Of a stretch of 64,000 nucleotides of DNA, positions 16,268 through 25,730 are shown in pieces (the first letter of the stretch is position 1; every line of letters starts with the position of its first letter). The stretch spans positions 622,001 through 686,000 of the forward strand of contig MU053933.1 in the NCBI GenBank assembly GCA_013239625.1, written 5' to 3'. The translations under genes were made by a program, and so were the position numbers. The stretch is from Lama guanicoe. Lineage: Eukaryota. Under the pieces are notes generated by a model. The model saw only the letters and a program-made list of their open reading frames with translations. It searched no databases and was not told the origin of the DNA.

Positions 16268-19200
16268 TCACAGTCTAACATCTGACTGTGAATAGTCACC
16301 TTTCTCTCCCGTAGCTTTCACGTGTTGTGCTGAACTGTCCTTAAGGTTTGTGGTTCCTCCGTTTTTCTCACCCCTTGCTTCCCCTTCGGGAACGTTGGCC
16401 AGGACTTTAAACAGAGCGGAGAGCCCAGATGCAGGCGGCCCACGTGTGGCCCCTGCGGTCTCTCCCCACTTCACAACACTCGGTGGCCTCAGGGCCGGCG
16501 CCGGGGGTTGGGTGTGGCCTTAGTGCTCGCCCATCCACCGAGCGGCCTTTCCAAAGGCAGCGTCCACCTGGTCTTCCCTCCCTCCTCGGGGACACAGAGC
16601 AGAGTGCAGGGCTGAGCAGAGTCCCAGGATGGGTGGCCCCTGCAGTCCTGCTAAGTGACAGGGAGAGGGGGATGTGGCCCGGGGTGGGGCAGGCTCCTGA
16701 GACTCCCTTCTCTCCTCCGCCCCCGCCGTCCTACAGACCCCGCCTGCCTTCGTGCAGCTTCCGCCAAGGTCACGGTCCTTCTGGTCACTGCACTTGGGCC
16801 TCCCACCCCAGGGAAAGTCCTTGGACACAATCATGCTCTGCGAAAACAGGTGTTTCTGATGTCCATGTTGGGGCTCCCGGGGCCCAGAAGCATGAAGAAA
16901 CGGAGAGCCCCATGTCCCCGTCGCACAGTCTAATTGTCACACTTGCAAGCTCCGTAGGCACCTCCCGGGGAGGAAGACGGCCGAGGGTGATGCCCTCACG
17001 CTTGCCGTCTCCTGCAGGTGCCGCTCAGGTTTCGGGGGAGCTGCTGGTATCCTTCCCTACTCCTCCCCTTCTTGGAGGAAATAAAGGTTTAGCATTAGCT
17101 TAATCTTTCGTGTTATCTCTGAACAGTCAGCTTGGAGTCATTCATCAAACAGACATTTTGTGGGTGGCTCGAGGAGGCCCGGAGGAAGCCAGGTTCATAC
17201 AAAAGACTCCCATGCGCAGAGCTCAGGCTTAGAGCCCCCAACACCTCCCTGTTCTCAAAATAGGCCCCTGATGTCAAAAAGGATTAACTGTCCGCCACTG
17301 GCTACCATGTGCTGGCCAGGTAAGGGGTCACGCTGGTGGAGGCAGAGTTTGGGGGCTTTTCCATGATATAATGACCCTTGTAAAGCTGGAGAGAGAGGAA
17401 CAGAAGCACAAAAGTGCCCTTGTTTTGTCCCAAACCACGTGGAGCTGGATCTAGGGCAGGGTCTGGGCCCTGCTTTGGGCAAAGGGGCGGCTGCGTGTAC
17501 CCAGCTGGTACCCAGGGGGAGGGCCGGGACTGTGCAGTCTGCCGCCCTTTCCCGGGGAGACACCCCAAGCGAAGGACGTGGCCACAGACATGTACGAGCT
17601 TCTCCCTGAGGCTCGTGGTTTTATCCAGATCTTGGGAACAGCCTGAGCCCAGGCCACAGAGTTAAAACAGCAAATCTCGGAACGGTCGCATTCAGCTGAA
17701 GTTTCCTCTCAGCGGCGTGGCATCATCTTCTGCTTGGCGTGTCTGAATAGACCTAAGGGAGAACCCTGCTGCTCCCCCGTGAGTGTCTTTGGCCTGTATT
17801 TTGCACATGAACTTGAACGTGCCCCTGATACTGTATACTGTTCAATGGTGTTTCTTTTCACTGATGTCTGAGATCTGATTTGGGGGGACATGTTAGCCAC
17901 CTGCTGATACCGCTGCATGATGGGAGTCATCCCGTACCTGCAGCAGGGGCCAAGGTGAGCTGGGGCAGAGATGCTGGGTCCTGGCTGGTGGGTGTGGAGC
18001 CATGACGCGTGACCCTCCCTGCTGCCTGCTTGTGGGCCGGTTCTCAAGGCCCCCAAGGCACCGCCTTCAAGGAGAGTTCAGAAAGGCCTTGCTGCCAGCA
18101 CTGGGCGTGGACCATTCTTCCATTTCACCTGCCGTGCTGGCCCGCCACCAGCCCCTTCTTCCCATCACAGCCCTGGACCAGTGCTGTAGAGCTTTCGAGA
18201 AAACAGTGTTTTCCAAATGAGGCTTTGCTGGAGCAGAGGAGGCATGGGCTCATCCATTTCTAGGGGAGAAGTCATCACATCTACACCCCTTCTCTGGGGG
18301 ACCTGCATGTGGCCTCTCCTGGTGGGTGAGATGGATTAGACCTTGAAGGGAGAGGCTGGAAGTCGCCGGTACCTGGGTCAAGGTCGAGGACCTATGTCCA
18401 TGGGTTTCTGGACATCCCAGGATGCAACCCAGTCTGAAAGGTTCCACGGTTGGTTTCTTTGGAAGTATTTCAGTGGCCATGGTGCATATTCTGTTTTTAT
18501 GTCTTCACATTTTTTCACAATTCTGTCATCGTCTACCTTGTTTGGGGGGGGTGCGTCTCTTTTCCATGAACTTCAGAACACAGGCTGCCCAAGCTTCACC
18601 AGAAATGCCTCGTTTGAAGTCCTCGGCCAGTTAAACATGGTCGCAAAAGGTCCTACCATCCAAATGGCCAACAAAGCGGACCACGCAGCCCACACGAGAG
18701 GGTTTCTGCTTCTGTAGGCACATGCTCCCTGGGGAAGGGGGTGGCCAGGGGTAAGTTTCTCCATGGAATGTGTACGTTTAAAACAATTAGCATACGTAGC
18801 TGACCCCTTATGCAGGTTTGCTTGTCACGTGCAGACACAGCAGCACATACCTGCTCACAGCTGAACCTGTTGAGAACTGCTGCCTTTTATTTGATGCGTA
18901 GCTCTTTGATGTCTTTCCCTTGTTATTCCTTCCAAAGCAAGAGTCAATGCAAATAACATTTTTAATCAGCCTGCAAAGATGTGCATATATCTGTATATCG
19001 AATATGTAATCCCTTTTTTTTATAATGCTGTGTGGATAGCCTTACATGGATTTAGCCGCGTGGCGCTAGGAAATACTGCGCTCACACGCTGGGGGAGGAG
19101 TGTGCTGTTGTAGATAAGCATGGCGTCTAGACACACGCACGTTCACGTGTATTTTAAATTAGCAGCGGCTCCTTTGGGCACTTGTCCCCTTGGGGGTTTC

Positions 19201-19618
19201 CCTGCGTTGGACACAGACCCGGGCAGCCCCGAGGACGTGAGCCCCCAACTCTCCCCTGCAGACCGCGGCCCCGCTTTGTACATTTCTGTAGGTTACCGCC
19301 TTAGAAGATTTGTACGTGCATATTTTGCAGACTCGAACTTTGTTTTCTGAAATGAGATGTCATTTATGAAATGTGACATGAATCCAAATAAAGCATCGTT
19401 ATTTTCAGATTTCTATCTCCTTCTCCTTTCAGTTTTCAACACCAGCTCTCAGACCTGCCCGGAGCGTTGGGTCTGGGGTCTGGCAGAGCCTGTGGGGTGA
19501 TTTCCCTTCTTGTGCTGCCCTTGTTCTGAATGGAGTGATTCCTCCGGTAGGAGTTCCAGTGGATTTGGATGAAGTAGGGAAGAGACATCAGAGTGAGGTG
19601 GTGACGTGCCAGCCCCAC
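16268..19618 (-). pseudogene. Candidate decayed multi-exon gene of unknown family (exons 19618-19455, 18728-18373, 18259-18065, 17937-17596, 17385-17306, 16404-16268)
   Basis: AG acceptors, mostly with polypyrimidine tracts, GT donors (one GC), mutually compatible phases, and a spliced frame of ~424 codons interrupted only by TGA codons. No homologue recognised. Confidence 0.6.
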
Positions 19619-20009
19619 CTGCGCAGTGACGCGGTGGCCCAGGCTCAGGTGCTCTCACACCCCTTCTCATTTAACTGCCATCTTGGGGGCCGGGGAGCCA
19701 CCGCCAGCCCCATGTCACAGGCCGGGGAACTGTGAGGCTCAGGGAGATTGGACTAGTGGCCCAAGGCAGGTGGTGGGGACAGAATTCATACTGCAACAGT
19801 CTAGCTGCCTCTGGTTTTCTTTGGCAGGATACAAAGCAGGTATCCAGCCATTGCTACATACTGGCCTGAGGGCCTCGGAGCCTCCTGCCCCGCCGTTCAA
19901 GCATCTCGCTCTTCCCTCACCCACACCCCAAACCCCAGAGGCTGGGAACTGAGAAGGAGCCCCTCCACTCTGCGAGCTCGGAGCTGCTGGGGTCAGGGAT
20001 TGTCTGCAG

Positions 20010-20200
20010 GCCTTGAAACCAGATTTCCCTCTACTGCTGTGTGACTTTGGGCTCCTAGTCTAACCTCTCTGTGCCTCTGCCTGCTTGCTCACTTGTAAAA
20101 GTGGAGGTAATAACTGTGCTGTGGGGAGTCAATGAAGTAAAATGTCTAAACCCCACAGTGCTGCAGCGATGGGCACTGTGCAGGGGGGCCGCTCATTGAG
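20010..20200 (+). mobile_element. MIR SINE, degraded
   Basis: gctgtgtgactttggg...aacctctctgtgcctc...tgtaaaagtggaggtaataa. Confidence 0.6.
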
Positions 20201-22782
20201 TAATTTTGTGGGGAGACAGGGCACCAGGTGCTTCCCTGAGACCCCCACTTCTCTTGCACCCCCACCCACCGGGCTAGAGGACATCTCTGGAGGTAGGAAG
20301 TGGTGGTCAGTGGGCCTTCCTGGAGTTAGACTTAACCACAAGGAAAAGGAGATTAGAAAAAACTCAAAATTTTCTGCAAAGAGGGAGTGCTCCCTTCATC
20401 GGTGGAAATCGGGTGTCAGTTTTGCTCCGGGCTGCGTGCTGTCCAAAGGCGAGGGTGGCTGGGTGATGGGGAATCTTGATAAATCCCATCTGGAAGGTGG
20501 GTGGCGGGAGGCCAGGCCGCTGCTGAGACTGCAGGAAGCCGCAGTCACTCAAGCCAGCCAGCAGAGGGGGCTGTGGTCACTGCGGGTTGGACCAGGTCCC
20601 AAGGGACTGGGAAGTGGGCTTGGGTGGGTCCCACTCCATCCCGGCCAGAGCGGCCTGGCCCGACGCTGGTGCCCTGCGAAAGCACTTATGAGCCCACGAC
20701 GGGGCTACGGTGAGGTACGAGACTGAAGGGGGTGCCCTAAGCTCAGTAATGATGTCTTAATGTTTTTTAAGTGGTCTGGCAGGGTCCCCACGTGTCTGTG
20801 GTCTTGGCTCAGCGGACAAGTGAACGACCAGTTTTGTTTCTGTCGCTTTTAACGCAGGCCAGAGAGTGACAGCGTCTGCATCTCAGGCTTGGAGACCTTG
20901 ACCTCCTGATGCCGCAGCCACTCACAACCTCCTCACTGCCGCTGTCAGGTGTCTGCCCTGCACAGGTTGCCGCGCCCGGCTTCTCGGTCCTGCTAGGCCC
21001 CACCCCAGAGACCCTGATTGAGTCTCCAGAGCCCGAGAGTCTTGAAGACGCCTCGGGTGACTCTAACACCCCAGTGCTTTGCTTGGTGCACGTGTGAAGC
21101 ACTGGCTTTGGGGAGGGGGTAGTGTTCACGTTGACTGGGACCCCAGGGCACACGGGGCCTGATTGCATGGTGGTCCCCTCTGCCCTGCTCAGGAACAACA
21201 GAGGGATGTCTGGTGAGAGACATCGGGTCCCAGGACGGGACGACTAAGTCCCCACTCCCCGCCGCCCTGCCTGTGGGCATCTCTCCTGAGCGGGGGTGGG
21301 GGGGGCACTGCAGGAAGAAGACGGCTCCTGTGAGGGAAATGAAGGTCACTGCAGAGTCTGAGTCTGGCCTGGGGTCTTCCCACGTCCCCAGGGAAGCACG
21401 CTGTCAAGACGGGCCCCTGAACAGCCCTCTGGGGGCTGGGGTGGGGAGCGAGGACTGCCCCCCAGTGGAGTTGGTGGCCTTGATGGAGAAGCAGTGGCTC
21501 AGATCTGACCACCGAGTGACAGGTGCGTGGTGGCAGCCGCGTCTGTGAGGGGAGCCGGTGCTCACCTGGACCCCCGCTCCATCAGAAGGGCAGGGGCGGG
21601 AGCCTGGATCTTGGTGTCTCTGTGGTGGGGGTTGTCCCCTGTCGCTGGTCCAGGCCTTGGCTCCGTCTTCACCCCTCAGACCTGGCGGCGAGTGCCCAGT
21701 CCTCCCCAGGGCTGGGGATGAGCTGAGATCTGCAGGGGATTTGGGGCTGGGGAGTGCCATGGGGAGTCAGTCTGTGGACAACTTGGGAGATATGGACTCA
21801 GGCCCGTCGGGGAGGAAGGACAGGATGGAGTCCCTCTCACATGGTGGAGGGCATGAGAGCGCTTGGGGATGGGCGGGAAGGGGGACTCGCATGGGGGGAC
21901 CGCAGTGTAACAGTCATCCCCTGGCGGGCTCCAGATTCAGACATCCCAGCGTGGCGCCCTGGGCGGGGGCTGTGGGATGTGTTCCTTATCCTATGTGCAA
22001 GCCCAAACACAGAGCCTTTCATTTCAAAAAGGAGGCTTTTCCAGTGGGAAGGAGGACTCAGTCCCAGAAACCCCACCTCCAGGGGCCGCACCGCTTTCTG
22101 CCACTCCGTGCAGCGCAAACAAGTCATGGGGTTGAATCTGTAGGATCCTCTGCACAGCCTTGAGGGAGGGAGAGCAGGACCCGCAGCCTGGGCGGATGTG
22201 AGCGACAAGAGCTTTCCACCAGGGAAGCCCTCCGTGCAGAGCTACGTGTCCCCGAGAGCAGGGGGGACAAGTCTCCATCTAGGGGCTGCTAAGCCTTCCT
22301 GGGGACTCGTGGGGACAGTTTATTTCGTTTATTTGCAGAGTTGCATCCATTTTCACAGGGGAAATGCAAAAGAAGGCCATGCAAGGGTCACAGATGTTAA
22401 ACTTGACTTGCAAAAAAATACAAAAAAGTGCCAGTTTGTAAGATGGTTTTATTGGCTTTCTCCTCTCCAAGAAAGACATTAATCATCTTTTTGGCCAGGG
22501 GGACCTTACATCTGAAATGTTTCTCAACAGACACAGGGAAGTGATGTTTAGAAGGTCGCTCGCCCTCCAGGCTGTCAGCACTAGGTCTGAGGTTGGCAGC
22601 TGCTTTGGGGTCTCTGCCTGCTCCCCAGGCCTTGGGCAGACCCTCCTCTCAGAGATGCCAAGACACCTTCCACTGCCCCATCTGTGAAATGCTGAGAAGG
22701 GAGTGAGAGTGAGTTGGCAGAAATAACACAATAGCATAAAGCCTCAGGAATGAAGCACGGTCCTCGTGCTGAGTACAGAATC

Positions 22783-22788
22783 TTTATT
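22783..22788 (-). terminator. TFF3: TFF3 polyadenylation signal AATAAA
   Basis: tttatt on + strand, ~120 nt downstream of the TFF3 stop. Confidence 0.85.
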
Positions 22789-22910
22789 CTTTAAGACATC
22801 AGGTCTCAGCTCTCAGCGAGAGCGCTCGCTCGGAGCAGGCGGTGGAAAGGCAGAGGTGAGCAGCCCCGGGCAGAGTTCCGGGCAGGCTGTCCGGGGCCGC
22901 GGGCATCACT

Positions 22911-22924
22911 TCAGAAGGTGCATT
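22911..22924 (-). CDS. TFF3: TFF3 exon 3, (E)CTF*
   Basis: ttccag|AA TGC ACC TTC TGA; carries the C-terminal dimerisation cysteine. Confidence 0.93.
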
Positions 22925-24017
22925 CTGGAAACAAAGCACACACATGTGTTACCCTGGGCACTGTCGTCTCTGCCCACCAGATGCCCAGCTTCTCCAGGTC
23001 CAGACAGGCTCCCAGGTCAGCGCCCGTGCTGCCTTCTCCGCCAGTCCCTGGGGAAGTGCTGAGTTCCCCACCTGGTGGGGGAGGAGCCAGACGCCCCACA
23101 GGGACCCGGGTGGTCAGGGCAGGCGAGACACGAGGTGGGCCTGGGCAGGGCCACTGCCAGTGCTCAAAGAAGTGTCCCCCCAAGGCTGAGGGGCTGGCAG
23201 AATGGGGACGACCAGCACAGGGGCGGTAGGTGCCTCTCCCTCCTGGCCCCCAAGCCCTCTCTGGACCTCTGCCAGGGTTTGCTGGGGAGAGGAGGAGGCC
23301 CTGGGCAGTGGGCGGGGTCCCCAGCACTGATCAGGGAGCCGGAATTGGCTGGCATGCAGCCGCCTTCGTAATTAGCTGGGGACAAAGGGGCAGGAGTGGC
23401 CCCGCACTGGGGGGGCTGCTTCCAGGAAGGGGCTTCCGTAGCTCTGTGCGCCTTAGGTGGTGAATGGGCACCCAGGCTGCCAGACAGCTGCGGCAGACCT
23501 CCATGCCCCACATGTGGGGGTCGGGGTTGTGGGGCAGAAGGGCTGCAGGATGGAGTCAGGACAGCCGACCAGCACGTGCATAGCCAGCAGCCCCGACACG
23601 GAGCTCCCCGGGCGGCTGTCCTGCACCAGTGAGGGAGGGGGTGCACCTTGAGGTCGGGGCAGAGTAGGAGGAGATGGCAGGGGTGTAGGGGGTGGGCACC
23701 AGGGCTCCACGTCCAGACCCTGAGCACGTCACAAATGATGGAGACTCCGTGGGGGCGTCGTTTGCCAAAAGTGGCTGGAAAGTCGGCCCCGCTCTCCAAA
23801 CGTGCGTCTTGTCCGTTTCGCCCCAGTGGCGTTTTTACACTAATTCCCTCTACACAGTGCCTTGACTTTGAACGCCTTTCTGAAGTGGTCACTTTTACAG
23901 TCTGCACAACACCCTCAGCCCACAGACTGCCCTGGTGCCCGGAGTCCCACCCAGGGCCCAGATGCGTGGGGCTCCCCAGGGGCCTGCCGAGGGCCCGGCG
24001 CCCTGGGGCCGGCTCAC

Positions 24018-24164
24018 CTGCTTCCTGCAGGGGCTTGAAGCACCAGGGCACCCCGTGGATGCTGTTGTCAAAGCAGCAGCCCCGGTTGTTGCACTGCTCC
24101 GGGGTGACCTTGGGGAAGGCGCAGTCCACCCTCTCCTTGGGCGGGACCTTGCACTGGTTCTCCG
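24018..24164 (-). CDS. TFF3: TFF3 exon 2, trefoil (P-type) domain
   Basis: (S)ENQCKVPPKERVDCAFPKVTPEQCNNRGCCFDNSIHGVPWCFKPLQEA; six trefoil cysteines; ag/gt flanks, phase 1-1. Confidence 0.97.
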
Positions 24165-25239
24165 CTGCACCGAACAGAGCCCGGTTAGAGTCCCGGCAGC
24201 TTGCGGTTGGTCTGTTGGCCCCATTCTGAAAGTCTGCACCTTCCCTCCAGCTCCGAGCTCAAAGGATGCGATCCCACCCGGGCCCTGACATCTGCTTGCC
24301 GAGGACCCTCTTTCCGAGTAAATATTTAAGGAGAAATGTTCTATACAGAGGCGTGGGTGGCTGCCGGGGGCTCTCACTCGGCGTGCTCCCAGCCCCTCGC
24401 CAGCAAGCCGGCATGGGCCTGGGTGCCCTGCAGCTGGCAGCTACCCAGGGGAATCCAGGGTCCCCCGAACTCAGAAACAAAGTTCCCCTTCGCTGTTTTA
24501 TCAACAAAAACTCTCCCCTTTTCACAAAATGAGCAGCAGACCAGGAGATGCGCCTTCCATACAGGAAACCACGATGCACACTACTTTCTATTTCTTCTCT
24601 GCATCTCCGTCTCCCTGAACTGTTAGGCTGGTCACATCTTCCCTGCACCTCCTTCGGTCTCTTTTTCAAGCAAGTCTGTATATCTAAAGTTCAGCCAAAG
24701 GCCGCTGCGCCTGTCCCCTAACTGGGTTCTCCTTAGGAAGGCAGGCATCACGCGAGATCTCGAGTCCTCTCCCGCCGCTGACGCCTCACAGTCCTCACTC
24801 CGCCGTCTCCCAGAACCGGCCCGCGCGGGGGTCGGCGGGGGTCTTGAGAACCCATTGCCTCCTGCTCCCACCCAGGGGTCTTCTGATGTAACCGGCGCAT
24901 CCTGGTCTTTTAAGAGTTTTAGAAAGCTTCCAGGTGATTCTGGCAGGTGTCAAGTTTGGTGCCCACTGCCTGTGAGACGGCGCAGTGGATAACGTGATAA
25001 AAGCCACACCCTAATTTCTTCAGACTCCGGTTAATGGAATGGCTACCCGCCCCTCCGGAGCTGCAAAACAATGGCTAAATGAAAAGTGTGTTTGCAGGGA
25101 TTGAAAATGTCCTGGAAGTAACCGTTTCCAGTTTTCTTTCCCTTTTGCTTTGTGACTGTGCCGGGAGAACGCAGAAAGACCTGTACTGGAACTCAGAGAG
25201 CTCCAGCAAGGGAGGCAGCAGGGTAGCGGGCTTGGGCGC

Positions 25240-25420
25240 TGGCTGCCAGCCAGGCAGACCTGGGTTCAAATCCTCAGTTTGACACTGACCAGGAGGGTCA
25301 GTTATTGACTTTCTGAGCCTCAGTTTGCTTGTCTGTAAAATGGGGACAGCAAGACCGAGTCTGTAGGGCAATTGAAGAAAACGTGTATTGTGTGTCTCAT
25401 AAATGGTAGCTACTAAATTA
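25240..25420 (+). mobile_element. MIR SINE in TFF3 intron 1
   Basis: cagacctgggttcaaatcct and MIR core tctgagcctcagttt...tctgtaaaatgggga. Confidence 0.75.
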
Positions 25421-25581
25421 ACGTAGGGGTTTGGTCACGTTCCTCAAGCCCGCAGAAAGCCCCCCCCGCCCCCACCCCAGCCCAAATCTTCTGCATCCCG
25501 ACCCCTGTCTTGTGCTCCCACCCGGCCACCCGGTCCCTCCTTCCTGCTATCAAGTGGGGAGGAGGTCAGAGTGGTACTCAC

Positions 25582-25663
25582 ACAGGCCCACGTACTCCTC
25601 GGCCAGGCCGGAAGACCCCAAAGCCAGGACCACCAGCAGCAGCCAGAACGCTCTGGCCTCCAT
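25582..25663 (-). CDS. TFF3: TFF3 exon 1, signal peptide and mature N-terminus
   Basis: MEARAFWLLLVVLALGSSGLAEEYVGL T|gtgagt; spliced CDS 82+147+14=243 nt, 80 aa. Confidence 0.95.
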
Positions 25664-25711
25664 GGTCACAGGCATGCTCAGAAGACGTGCTGCATCAGCA
25701 CAGAGGACTCA

Positions 25712-25730
25712 TTTATACCCCTGTGTTTGC
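25712..25730 (-). promoter_or_regulatory. TFF3: TFF3 TATA box (TATAAA) with adjacent FOXA/HNF3-type motif (GCAAACA)
   Basis: tttata at 25712-25717 and tgtttgc at 25724-25730 on +. Confidence 0.8.

Noticed and set aside
17306..17937. Faint resemblance of the relic translation to ST8SIA sialyltransferase stem regions or an Ig V 'QAEDD' motif
   Set aside because: No sialylmotif L (CAVVGNGG) or Ig cysteine/tryptophan framework; the matches need different frames and are at chance level.
18343..18717. 124-aa + strand ORF
   Set aside because: No recognisable protein; the convincing splice signals in this interval are on the - strand.
23164..24129. 321-aa ORF starting with a trefoil domain
   Set aside because: TFF3 exon 2 running into a GC-rich intron; a good donor follows 24018 and the true exon 3 is at 22911-22924.
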